DNA of 64,000 bases, from positions 1 through 64,000 of the forward strand of contig JAYWIR010000074.1 in assembly GCA_036172245.1 (NCBI GenBank), in the 5' to 3' direction. Each line of letters opens with the position of its first letter. Position 1 is the first letter of the stretch. This DNA is from Raillietiella orientalis. Its lineage: Eukaryota. Positions 1-12,373 of this stretch are shown here, in pieces. A program made the translations under genes and the position numbers. The notes under the pieces were generated by a model. The model was not told where the DNA came from. It did no database searches and saw only the letters and a list, made by a program, of their open reading frames with translations.

Positions 1-3000
1 GAGCGGAGCGATCTGCCGACTGTCATGAAGGTGACTCCGTTGCCGCCTTTTAAAGGCGTAGCGAAAGCAACGAACCCAGAGAACGCAGCGAAAATCCCGG
101 AGGTTTCCGCAACTACTGTGGCGGAAGACTCCGAAAATCGCGAAGGCGAATTAAAGGTTGTGGAGAGAAGGATAGAAAAATCTCCAAAAAAAGCTCCACA
201 ACATCCATCCCTGAGCTCTTCCAAAGGAGAAAGCAGTCGCAAAAATACGAATACACGCGCGGCTTGTGCCTCTTTCATGGAAAAAGCCAGCGCCTTTAAC
301 GCGTGCAGGTCCGTTCCTGTGACTGCAGAGAAGACCATTCCGGTGCAATCGGACGGATGCAAGCGCACGTCGATCGTGCGAGCATCAGACTCCGCAGAGG
401 AGTCCGATGGCTCCGCTGAACGACGCGTTACTCGCGCATGAGCAAGCGCCCGCAGGGCTGAAGCCCTGAGGCGTGACACACTCGCCGCGGAACGACGAGT
501 GCTCACCCAGGAACCCACAGGTTCTGCACCCGGAAAGGAGCACCCGATTACGTGCAGCACAGTTGAGGCCGGTGGCGACCGCGCCCTCCAGCCCGTCGTG
601 CTGCTTACTGCCCGCTCGCCGGGTGAGGCGAGCACCATGGCCTCGCTTTCCCAACCGCGATCAGGGCAATCGCGTCTTCTCGTCGTGTTGTTGTGACGTC
701 TTGGACCGTCAACGGGCTTCAACACGACGAGAAGAGGCAACTAGTGGCTCACGCTCTGCGCGCCTTCGACTTGACGCTCCTGCAGGAGATTCACAGCATT
801 TCCTGAGAGCAGGCTGCCTAAATCGAACGGCGCGCGGGCGGAACTCTACTTTATAGATGCGGCGTTGCACGTACGTGCGGCGTTGCTTTCCTCGTGCGAG
901 GAACTTTGGCGGGAGCGGTGCGCAGCGTTTGTTTCGACACGGGAGGCCGAGTGGGACAGCTTGTACTCAAGTGGTCCGACTCGATCGACCTTGTCGTAAC
1001 CAACGTGTACGCGCCGAGCGGTGCTGGACGATGGGCCGAAAGGATTGAGTTATACGGTACCCTTCAAAGCCAGTGGCTCACTCGATCTCACCCTACTGTG
1101 GCCCATCTCATTGCGGGGGACTTTAACGTCCACCTGCTTTCCGAGAATAGATCCCACAAAAGCGAAAAGTTCCTACCAAAAGAGATGTGCGCGTCCGTGC
1201 ACGCGTGCAACTTGTGCGCTAGCTACCCTGTTATGCTAGCAAATTCGGACCACGTATACCTTGAACAACACTTGCTCTCTCAAGTGGGTCGGAGAGGGCC
1301 CGTGCCGTCCGTGCTTTCAGACCACAACAAACTCGAGTTCGAGTTTCTCCCGCCAGGCAAGGGGCTTCCAAACTGTTTTTAGACGATGCCAGCAAACTGG
1401 CTGAGCCAACCGGAAGCGGCTGAGCGTCTTTGCCAGTACCTCCTTGGCTCTGCCATAAGTGAGCTCGAGGACTGCGACGATCTGAAAAGATCGGTCCGCG
1501 AGTTCTGCTGACGGTTTCACTTGCACCAGCTTCGTCGCGGCTTCGGAGAGGGCGTACTTAACAGCAGAGATTTTCTGCAGGCCCGCTCCTTTTCCAGGCG
1601 CGCGGACGTTGGTCCATTATCCGAGTACAAGGCCAAGGCCGAGCGCCAGGTCTGGCAGTCAGGGGCGACAGTTCTGCTCGACGACCAGGACCGGGAATGC
1701 TCGGCTCCAGCCGACGTGCGACGGATAGTCAGGCGCGATTACTCTTCTCTGTATGGAGAAGCACCGACGGAACGCAGCCTCTCCCGGCTGCTTCTGCCGA
1801 TTGATGCACCTGTTGTAGACGAGGAGGAACGCGCGCGTCTTGATGAGCCCTTCACGGCAGAGGAAATTTCCTCGGCCATCTCGGGGCTCAAGAGACGAAA
1901 AGCGCCAGGCGAAGATGGGCTCCCCGCGAAATTCTTTCAGTGTTTTGCGGCGGAGCTCATCCCCCTGGTGCTCCAACTCTCGTCGCTGATGCGAGACTCG
2001 GGCGATGTCCCCGCCTCGTTTCGCTCAGCGAAGGTGCGTCTACTGCCGAAAGGCGGAGATTTGCACCAACTGAACAGCTGGCGTCAGATCACATTAGTGA
2101 ATTCGGACGTCAAGTTGTTCTTAAAACTTTGGGTGGCGCGGATAAGTAGGATCGTGGTATAATTGGTAAGGTCGTAGCAGACGTACGCTGTTCCTGGGAG
2201 GTCCATGGACGCGAATCTCTTGTTCATCCGCACATCGCTGCAATTGCAGCATCGTGTGGCCGTAAATCGTCGTGCGGAAGCGACGCCTTCCAGCTCTCAC
2301 CGACGGAGGCGCGGGACGCAAAGGGAGACACAGGGAGCCTTGGCGGTTGCAGTCGATCTGCACAAAGCTTTCGCTTGAGTGAACCAAAAGCTTCTTCTTG
2401 AGCTTTTGCAACGTCTGGGTCTTCCGGCATCTCTGTTGCGTACTTGCGCTCCTGCTGACGCCACGCGATTACATCCATTGTTTTCAGTGGCTGTCGCGTG
2501 TACGGCGTGCCGGTACGACGAGGAATTAGGCAGGGTGAAAGCTTAAGCCCGCTGCTCTTCAGCATCTATTTTGAATTGGTGCTGGAGGCTTACAGGCTGA
2601 CGCTAGCCAACCTCCCGAGCTCCTTCCCAGGTACGCCGGCCGTAGCAGCCTATGCCGACGACCTGCTTCTCCTGTTGCCCATGTCCACCCCGGCGACATC
2701 GCTTGAAGACTTCTTTGAGTTGATTCGTCGCGGTGCGGGCGTGAGCGTTAACAGGAGTAAGTGTATGGTTGTTCCGGTGGGTGCGACGTGGGAGGTGCAG
2801 TCCGACTGGATCGGCCTGGGGATTCCCACGGGCAGGTAGGTACCTCAGGTACCTTGGCGTGCCGTTAAGCGACTTCTGCATTTCAGAAGCGTGGTCGGAC
2901 TGCCTTCGGAAGGCAGAGCGTGCACTTGGCCCGTTTCCAGGAGGCGAGTTCGTCTTGCCGGAACGGGCCTGCATCTGGAACACCTTCGTTGCCTTCTTCC

Positions 3001-4586
3001 TCCGCCCCCTGTTTTTTGTTTGTCCATCTCCCCAGGAAGTCAAAGTCTAAGCGCAGCGCCTTCTACGCAAAGCGTTGTGGGGCGCTGCAAGATCCCGTGT
3101 TAGACTTAAAGAGTTGGTGGCGCCGCGTCAGGATGCAGGCTTGGGCATCCTCGACTTAAACAGCATCGAACTGCAGGTGCAGTTGCGCATGCTGCGGCTC
3201 TGTGCCAAGCTGTGGTGTATGCCGTGGTGCTTACCCGCACGCCTTATACTGAGGCGCTGCACGGGAAGCGAGGGACTGCTTTCGTTGCTACCCCACTTTC
3301 GGCACACCAGAATAGGGTTTGTCTTCCCGCTCAGGCAGCTGTTTACACTGCTGGAAGCCCAAAGCTGGATCTCCTGCCTCCCCATGAACATGAATGCATG
3401 GCGGCAGGAATCTTTTTCATCGTGGGCAGCTTCCGAAGGAACTCGCCCGGAAGATCTTCGACGCCTGCGACTTCTCCTCAGTCATCAAATGGACGAAGTC
3501 ATGCAGGACAAGAAGTTGTTGGATCGTCTGGCCGCCACACCACTCGCCGCAGCGCAGTCTGCCCTCAGGGCAAGCAAGGACGGTTGCCTACCGGCGGAAT
3601 GGGAGTTCTTCTGCAAAATAGCGGGAGTCAGTAAGCTCCTCGGCAGCTAAACGACAAAGGAGCTGGTGCAAGCCGCCACACCTCGGAATCGGGCCAATTG
3701 CCTGCTTCGGTGGACCGAACATTTAAGTGTGCCCCCCGGAGAGATCGTGGTTCCCCCCGTTTGTTTGGACAGCTCCGTGTTTCCCCTTAAGTGGAAGCAA
3801 GATGTGCTGCTCTTTTTACATTGTGCATTACACTGTAATAGGCAGCGAAGCATCGTTTTAGGGGGAGCTGCTTTGACAAACTGTTTAAGGTGCGGAGAGA
3901 TCGAGTCACTTCCGCACCTTTTGCTGGACTGCGGTGACCTCCGGGAACTGTGGCGAAGGCTCACTTCGGCCATCATGCCACAAGTAGGCACTGCCATTGA
4001 TGTGCTGCGGCGCTTCTTCAGCAAAAATGGACTTTCGGTTGGCGCGATTGTCGCAACCATGTGTTGCGTTCGCGCCATCGTGAAGGCCCGCTACGCCCTG
4101 GAGTTGTCAGCGCAGAGAAGGGATGCTCACCTGCTTGCATCTCAATTCATGGAGAAGGCTTCAAGGTGGTCTCATCTTCGTGACAAGGTGAATGAGGACA
4201 TCACCGGCATACATCGCAGGTATACAGACCTTTGATAACGGCGTAATCCGGTGACCCCTGCGACCTCTTGCCCACCCATACCCCGTCCACGTTCGCTCGG
4301 TAAAATTTCCGGTGCCCATGCTTTTATCCCCGTGTCTTCCAGAGCGATCCCAAAGACCCTTATCCCGTCCTCCTTATTCATTGTTTTTATTTTATTTTGG
4401 TTTCTTTGTGTTCCCCGCCCCCAGACACCGTTCACAAAACTGTTACTCTGGCCTGCGTGCCAGCAATATTCTCTTGATTATTGTTCAGTCGTCGGTTGGG
4501 AGTTTGGTTCCCAACTGGTTTATTTTATAAAATTATTTTTTGGTTATGTTATATGGAATAAACGCTTCGGCGTGACCGCGTGAGAA
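1..4586 (+). mobile_element. Non-LTR retrotransposon family A, copy A1 (ORF1 3' part, decayed ORF2, 3' UTR; 5' end outside window)
   Basis: ORF fragments give NVYAP/AGDFN/SDH (894-1382), KAPGEDG (1521-2162), GIRQG/YADD (2498-2839) and CLRCGEIESLPHLLLDC (3666-4235). It is colinear with 55000-59595 and ends AATAAAcgcttcggcgtgaccgcgtgagaa. Confidence 0.93.
660..4235 (+). pseudogene. A1 ORF2 (APE-RT-CCHC) pseudogene
   Basis: Relative to the near-intact copy at 55666-59239, the start ATG reads ATC and there are several stops and frameshifts. Confidence 0.9.
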
Positions 4587-4598
4587 ATCTCTTGTGCT

Positions 4599-5959
4599 CG
4601 CCCAGTACAGCCGTGTTTTCGCGTCTCTCCGCGTCCGCGATCGAGCATCTTTGTGCGTGCGTTTTCGCTCGCACTTGTGTGTTTCTTGGAAGTGGACGAA
4701 GCAGCGTTGAACAACATGGCCACTTGTATGAATGGTATGGAGGAGACAGCCGTTGAATCCAATTCCATTGGAATGGAAGCGGCAGCATCCTCAATGACGG
4801 TTTCCTCGCCTTCGGTGAGGAGCTACGCCGCCGTCACCCCTTAGGAAGCAGGACCCTGCGATGCGCAGTTGCAGGATTATGTGGCATCCGGCTACATGCC
4901 CGCACTCCGTTATAAGGTCAGTGGGCCCCTTACCGGGAGGATCGGGCGTGAGCTCAACGATGAGCTCGTCCAGATCGGCGTCCGGGAGGATTAGCTCCTC
5001 GCCATCATGCCCGCGGGCAAGATGCAATACCAAAACATACGGTGCAAAAACGCAGCACTTGTGCAGCGTCTTCTCCGTACTTCGTTGACCATCGGTGGCC
5101 AGGAAGTCCTACCTACAGTGATGGACGATTGGTTTGTCGTCCAATTGTGCGACTTCGAGCCGGAGATCTCCGACCGCAATGTCGTAAGTGTGGTTTTGAA
5201 TTTCGCCACCGTGCACGCTCTGTGGAGGAGGCCAAATCCTCTAAAGGATTTTCCCTTTGTCCACATTGAACAAGTTTCCGCGCGGATGACCTTCACGCAC
5301 AGGTGTGTTGTGCCCGAGCAGATGCAGGTGAACTGCACGGTCGTTCATCTGTGGTTTAACGGGCGGACTTGCGCGTGCGAGCAGTGCAGCAAGGAGGGAC
5401 ACCCAATGAAGGAATGTCTCACCCCGAAATGCCGTTATTGCAAAGAAACCGGGCACGAATTAAAAAAGTGCCGGTCCTTGATAAGAAAAGGGCAGCAGTG
5501 GAAGTTCGTAACGTTCAAGAAACCAACGCACGAAAGGCCGCTGCCCCCAAGAAAAAACAGTGTACGCGGAGTCTTGGAAAAAGAGCCGAGCAATACGCGG
5601 CAATACAAAAGGCGTCACCGCCCGCAACGCCCCAAAAGGGAGAAATCGCGGCGGGGAAGCCAATTAAAAAGGGGCGCGAGGGTTCGATGCGTGCTGTGCG
5701 CGCCCTCGCTGCCGTACTGGGAAACACCTCTTCACGCCAGGAACCGGGAAATATCCGAAGAACCTCGGTAGGAAAGGTAGGCGAGCAAAAACATCGGCAT
5801 AGGGCGAAGACTTTCAGTTTCATCCCGCTGTCCCTTCCCAAAACGGCCATCCCCCAATCCAACGTAGGAGTTTCTGCGGAGGCTACGAAACTCGTAGCAA
5901 GCCCCGGCGCGCCGCGCAAAAGCACGCTGCATGCAGCCACCCCTTCACTGACTCGGCAA
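4599..5959 (+). mobile_element. Family A copy A2: 5' UTR and 5' part of ORF1, tandem downstream of A1
   Basis: Starts cgcccagtacagccgtgttttc. ORF1 from ~4716 has stops and knuckles CEQCSKEGHPMKEC and CRYCKETGHELKKC. Homologous to 37286-38052(-) and 54245-55000. Confidence 0.88.
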
Positions 5960-7740
5960 GTTTCCCTAAGTCCCACAAGAGGTGGGGTGAATTTATTCTC
6001 CATTTTTTAAAACACATTCATTCTACAATCACATTCATACTACATACCCACTTAACATCACTCTGGAGTCCTTGGGGATATTACAAGTTCTGCTTTCATG
6101 TTGGGTTTCCAGACGTTTGTTCCCGGGCGTCGTTTTCAATCCTCATCAGGAAGAATCGGTAGGTCCAGGCATGGATGCGACCACAATTCCTGATACCGAT
6201 CTCCTTCTTAATGAGTCCTTGAAAAAGCTCTATCGGAGGTAAGGCTCTCCTGGCTTTCCTCGTCTTCCACCACCGCATAAGTATGGCGGTGTTGGATAGG
6301 GCAATGGTCGTCCTCACCATGGGAATGTAACAGGGAACATTACCATCTTCCTGAAACATCGCGGCGAGGATCTCCATTGTGGAGCTGTTGATGAGTCCAA
6401 TGATCCTTTTCAGAATCAGTCAGTCGTGTAGCAATGTGGGACACGTCAAGACGTGAAGTCTCGTGTCGGTGTCGCCACATGCTGCGCCGTCTTGTTCTTC
6501 CCGTCTTCCTGTGAAGTGCTGAAGTCTTTACTCGCTTCGAATTCCTCCATGATAAAACATTAGTAGGTTGTCGTGAGTGTCCCGGGGAAGATCACTCTTC
6601 CAGAGCGTCGTTCAGATCGCTAACCGGTTGATCCGGTCACTCCCGTAGCTATCGGCGGCTTCTTGGAGGGCACTGATGTCTCGGTCCTCTTCTTTGATGA
6701 GTCTTCAGAGGTTTGATTTGGTAACCCTAGACCACGCGAGGTCGTTGTGGTTGATCTACACCTCGGAGGTCATGTGAGTCAACCTTCCTAACATCATCTG
6801 TATATAGCGAAGTATACGAGTGTGATGTAGGTAGCCTGCTCTTCTCCATCCCTGAATTCGATGCAGGGTAACTTTGGACCGCCGGTAGATCCAGCTTCTT
6901 GTGTCCTAAGAAACCGGAAGCATCCAAGAAATCACCAGGATGAACTCCTCTTGCCAGAGTTTGCTGCTTCGCGGCACGATCTTAATTTTGTGCTTACACA
7001 CCAGCCGTTGCTTCCTCCTCCAGGTTGGGTGGATGGATGTCCACTCTACTGCTCGGCCTAGCAGCGCAGTCTTCAGGCCTTTCGAGCTGCTCAGCAACAA
7101 TTCGTAGGCTTTATGCGCCGCATACGGCCATTCATCCCACTGGGTGGCTATGTCCAGGATGTGTCGCGTGTGTCCATAATTTCCATGGAATGTGTAGGCG
7201 ACTTCATCTCGGAACCGCCTTCTTCCCTGAAACGACACAGGGGTTTCAGACGAACTCTTGGGCGACAGTGGCCTTACAGTGTTTTTCGTTGCAGCTTCTC
7301 TACCTCTCTCGTGGTTTGTTTGTTCATTCTAGCGGAGGCCGCCCCAAAGAGTACCTTAGGAGGGAATACTCCGTTCCACAGGTTGGCCCATGGCTTCATC
7401 CCAAAGTCCAATCGAGTGTATTTTGCTGCTTCATTGGCCGTTTTCCCCAGTTTTTCCGTCCAGAGTTGCTTCGACGCGGAGTCGTCGCCTATGTAGACTC
7501 CCAGGTACTTGGCCGTGTCTACCGTACGGAATGCACTCCCTGTGAGGGCAGAGATATCCAGTATTCCGATGGGCAAAAGCTGGCTCTTGTGGGCATTGAT
7601 CTTCAAGCCCAGTCCATCTTTCATAAGGCTCACCACATCCAGGAACGTTTGTTGATACCTCTCTCCTGTTATGAAGAAGAGAAGATCGTCCGCGTAGGCT
7701 AGATAGGTGAGCTTCTAGTCGTCTACATTCACTTTGTTTA
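5960..7740 (-). mobile_element. Divergent 5'-truncated decayed LINE (family G), RT C-terminal half to 3' end
   Basis: The minus strand reads YLAYADDLL near 7690 and GLKINAHKSQ..AKYLGVYI (7274-7636). The 3' end has AATAAA then cccac-ctctt-gtggg. It is less GC-rich and unlike A-F. Confidence 0.8.
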
Positions 7741-9536
7741 AACGTTTGTTCTTCTCGACGAAGGAAAAGAGCGCCTTAGCGAGCATTTCCTGACTGCCGC
7801 GGAGGCTGGCTTTCGCCGCCTTTCAAGGGTGCAGCGAAAGCTGCGCCCCTGGCGGCTGGAGACGAAAGCCCGGAGACGTTCCTGAGGAACATTTCGGAAC
7901 GCACCGAGGAAACAGGAGGAGTGTGGACGGTTGTGGAAAAAGGGAGGAAGGTAATATCTCCCAAAAATCCTCCACAACCTCCATCCAAGAGCCTTTGCTA
8001 GGCACGGAACACTGGCGCGCTAAAGAAAATTTGCGCAAAGGTTCCCTCTGCCATTGCAAATGATACCGCCGCTACCGCTTATAGCGAGAAATTTGCGATC
8101 ACCGGTAGCGATGCCACGGTGACCGCGAAGAAGGAAGTGTCCGCGGTCTCATCCGTGAGTACTTCCGAATCGACACGGCAGGATAGACGCGAAGCGCCGG
8201 CTCTTCAATTGGACTCGGAAACGGAGTCTGATATCAATGCCGCACGTCGCATCACCCGCAAGGCAGCCGTAGCGTGCCGGGCTAAGGCCCTGAGGCGCTC
8301 AGCGCAGGCAGCGAAGGAGCGAGAGCTCACCTCGGACCGTCAGACGAAGCTACCCGGAGACGAGCACTCGAATTCGTGCAGCATCAGGGAGGACAGTGGC
8401 GACCGTGAGCTCCAGCCAGCAGTTCTGCTTACCAACCGCTCGCCGGTAAAAGCGGGCAAAAAGATGCCAACTTCCCAGCATTAATGCGGCAAAAAGCTTC
8501 TCGTCGCCTGTCCGTCGCGTGTTGGAACGTGAACGGACTACAGAACGACGAGAAGAGGCGATTGGTAGCCAACGCCCTGCGCTCCTTTGACCTCGCGCTC
8601 CTGCAGGATATACACGTAATTTCCGACGAGCAGGCTGCGGAAGTCAAGGATCGTGCAGGAGGAAAGTTACTTTGGCGGTGTAAAGACGCGCGTACGTGCG
8701 GCGTCGCGTTTCTCGTAAGAGGAAAAATTGCGGAAGCGGTGCGTAGTGTACGCTACGAAGACGACGTACGGGTGGGCCAGCTTGTTATCAAGTGGTCCGA
8801 GTCCATCGATCTCGTCGTGATGAACATTAGCTCGCCTAGTGGCTCGCGCTACCTCGAAGATAGAATTGCGCTATTCGAGGATGTGAAATGCCACTGGCTC
8901 AACAACTCTGGCTCCCAACTGGCGCACCTCGTCGCAGGCGACTTCAACGTCCACCTGCTCTCCGACGAATGGAGCTGCCCGAGGGAGCGAACGTCGGCCA
9001 TCGAAATGTGCACGTCAGTACGCACTCTCAATTTGATGGTCGGCGTGCCTGAGATGGAAAGGTCACCGGATCACATCTTCCTCGATGACAACCTGCACCC
9101 TCGTGTGGGAAGAAGAGGAAGATTGTCGTCCGCACTTCCTGATCATAACAGGTTGGATTTCGAGCCCCTTCCGCCAGGCAAGGGGTCTCCGCTGAAAAAC
9201 TGGAGGATGTCCGCGGACTGGCTTAGCCATCCGGAGGCGGCGGAGCATCTCCGTGAGTACCTCCGGACCTTTGTCATCCGCGAACTCGCGGACTGGGATC
9301 ATTTAAAAAGATCAGTCCGCGAGTTCTGCGAACGGTTTCTCTTGCACCGGCTCCCGCGAGGCTTTGGAGAAGGGGTCGCCAACAGCAGGACTTTCCTGCA
9401 GGCGCGCACCTTTTTCACACGTGCTGATGTCAGCCGGCTTGCGGAATACAAGGCGAGAGCCGAGTGCCAGGTCTGGCAGTCTGGAGCATCTTGCTTGCTC
9501 GACAAAAACGGCCTGAAGTGCTCGACTCCAGCCGGT
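7741..9536 (+). mobile_element. B-like element fragment (B'): ORF1 C-terminus plus ORF2 endonuclease and linker
   Basis: TAATG overlap at 8482-8486. ORF 8484 reads WNVNGLQNDEKRR..AGDFN, close to ORF 24642. It is cut at KCSTPAG by the 3' end of F1. Confidence 0.85.
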
Positions 9537-12373
9537 ATATATATATCACCCGGATTTGTCTGGGCATTTATTATACAAATTTTTATGTAATAAAAATTTC
9601 AAAATAAAGTCTTTGAAATTATTCTAAAACTCTTTGAGCAGAACAAGTGGTTCCGCCTGGCTGGACACACTTCCCGCTGCAAATTCACAGGTTGCAGAGA
9701 TCCTGCCCGGATGCGAAGGGGGAGGGAAACCTACAAACAAGAACAGAAAAAAGAAACATCAAAACCAAGGGGAGGGCAATGTTTTTTAGGAGGGAAGGGC
9801 TGGCATGGGATCACTGGTAGCTTCAAGAGGTACTCAGCATCCTGTTCAGGATACGGAGATGTGCCGGACGTAATGATATTAGCCGAGACCATCGGGAAGC
9901 CTTGTGAATGTTTAGGGCCGTCCATTGGATGGCGTTTCGGCTGTTATGACGTCTGTAGGACGCAGCCCATTTGGCCAGGCTTCCGCGTATGCAGCAGAGG
10001 ACTGCTACACACGCAGTTGCTGGCAGGGCGTCCTGCATGAAGACGCGACAGAAAGTGTCTTTGGGTCGCCCCCGGGAATGTTCAAAATCGTCGACAATCG
10101 ATCCCACATGGGTCGAAGGGCGACACACTCAATGATGAGGTGAAGGACGGTATCTCGTTCATCACACACTGCACAATTCGCAACCACAATTCCGGAAGTG
10201 CAATGGAAGAGGCGTGCTTTGCATAGGAGTCCCCAATGCAACACCAGCAGCGCCGTCACTTGCCATTCCAAGGAGAATGTGCAAGAATCCCAGCACACTG
10301 GGGGCCACTTCACCTTTTCCGGAGGTATGCCGAGTAGCTTGCCCCAGCGCACAATTCCTTTAGACGTGAAGGTCAGGGTTGCAGCGTCCCATAACTCCCG
10401 AGTCGTAGACGCCTTTAATGGTTTTCTCCTGCCTCGGATGAGGCAGGACACTTCCCACAATGCTCGTTCGTTGCCGTTCCCGATGTTCAAAAGGGAGGAC
10501 AGCACGGGAGCAAGGGGGTCAATGAAGCCCACAGCAGTTTCCGCGGATTGTTGATTATCTCCTTCAGGGGCTGTAGAGCGCTCGGTCCTCGACGGGGACA
10601 GTGGTACTCCGCTTCGCTCGTGCCATTGATCTGGGCCCAAGCGTAAACTGACTCCTGAAGCCAGGCAGTGCACTTCGCGGGGCGGCAGGAGATCCAGGAA
10701 TTCTCCCTCATCAGGACGACCATCTGGAGCAGATGAAAGCCAAAGCTGTAATTGAGGCTGCGCGCGTACGCAATGAGGATCGAGGACAATCCGTCGCAGC
10801 CGGTCGCTCTTCTGGCGAGGAGCCGTGCGGGTTCACACCATGATGTCAACCATAAGCTAGCCGCAAAAGATAGCTCCCTAAAGTTTATGTGTTTTTGTAT
10901 GCGCTCCATCGTCAAGAGGCTCAAAGCACCGTCCCTGCGTGGAGCACACAAGTCTATTAATCGGAATCGTGACCTCGCTGTTCCCCAAAGGGCAGTTCTG
11001 AGGAGGGCCTTGGTCCGTCTCTTTATAATTGGCGGTGCGGGGCCCACAAAAAGTAACGGACGAAGGAGGGGGGCCGCGAAAGCGTTCCACACCGCTGCCT
11101 GTTCCTGCAAGTCAAACTTGCCGTTTCGGAAGGGTCCGATCGCCAGCTCTACCTTATGAAGACGGTCGGAACAGGCATCTGCAACGCAGAAGTCCCCCAA
11201 CGGAATGCCAAGGTACTTCAGGCACCTGCCCGTGGGGATCCCCAAGCGGATCCAGTCCGGCCGTCCAGCTCACGCCGTATTTCTTGAAAGAAGTGGTGAT
11301 TTTGCCACAATTGTGGATTTCTCTCTGTTCACCCGGAGGCCCGTCCCTCGGCGCAGCAGCTTGAAGAAATCTTCTAGCGCCTCCGCTGGGGTGGACCCGG
11401 GGAGCAGGAGCAGAAGATCATCGGCATAGGCCGACACGGCAGGCGTGCCGGGACACAAGCTCAGCAGGGTTGCCAGAGTCATCCTGTATGCCCTCAGCAC
11501 CAACTGGGAGTAGATGCTGAAGAGCAAGGGGCTCAGACTGTCACCCTGCCTTATGCCTCGACGAACCGGAACGCCGTACACATGTCGGCCGCTAAAAGCG
11601 ATGTTTATGATTGCGAAGCGCCAGCAGGAGCGCAGGTAAGACCGGAAGACTGCCGGGGATCCCAAACGTTCCAGGACTTCCAGGAGTTCCTGGTCGACGC
11701 AGTCGAATGCTATACGCAGATCGACTGCGACCGCAAGTGCTCCTGGCGCGGCTCTTCCATGAAGGGCGTCCCCTCCCTGGTCAGAGGAGAATCCAGGATT
11801 CTCTTGACCTCCCTGCGCTTCGCTTTGTAGCAACTGCCACCATGTACTGGCGAGGAACAGGTTGGGCTCCATGGATCGTTCTGGAACAGCGTAAGTCTGC
11901 TCCAGACTCACCACGGATTCCGCCACCCGTCCCAGTCGCTCAGCCCAATGTTTGGCCAGCGACTTTGCATCCGCATTCACTATGGTGATATGAGGCCAGT
12001 TGTCTACGTTGCGGGTGTCTCCTTGTTTAGGAAGAAAACGTACTTTGGCTGACCGGAACGACATGGGAACGTCCCCTTGTTCTCGGATCAGCGTGCATAG
12101 TTAGTGCACCAGGGGTACCAGCTACGCTGCGAAGAGTTGGTAAAACTCCGCGGGCAGGCCGTCTTCCCCTGCTGCCTTGCGTTTTTTCTGTTTTTCAATG
12201 GCAGAAATAATCTCCGCCATTGAGAAAGGCTCCTGTATTCGTTCTCGATCCTCCTGCTTCAATGCATGGGCGTCCTGCGGCAGCAATCGCTGCGCAAAGG
12301 CGCGCTCTGTGGTTCGCAGCGCGTAAAAAGCGAAGTAGAAATTCCGCAAGATGCGGCAAACCTGCGCCGGTGC
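9537..12373 (-). mobile_element. Family F copy F1: RT, C-terminus and 3' UTR
   Basis: ORFs 12122-12349, 11270-12064 (GIRQGDSLSPLLF, YADD), 10487-11245 and 10005-10673 (CAVCDERDTVLHLIIEC). The 3' end is AATAAAtgcccagacaaatccgggtga(ta)n. Confidence 0.88.

Noticed and set aside
4236..4586. Repeated 3' UTRs (A1/A4, B1/B2) as possible LTRs or DIRS-type split repeats
   Set aside because: They occur only at 3' ends. No integrase, protease, RNase H or tyrosine recombinase motif is seen, and APE+RT indicates non-LTR elements.
5962..5970. TTAGGG-like bases at the G 3' end as a telomeric repeat
   Set aside because: It is a single unit with no array.
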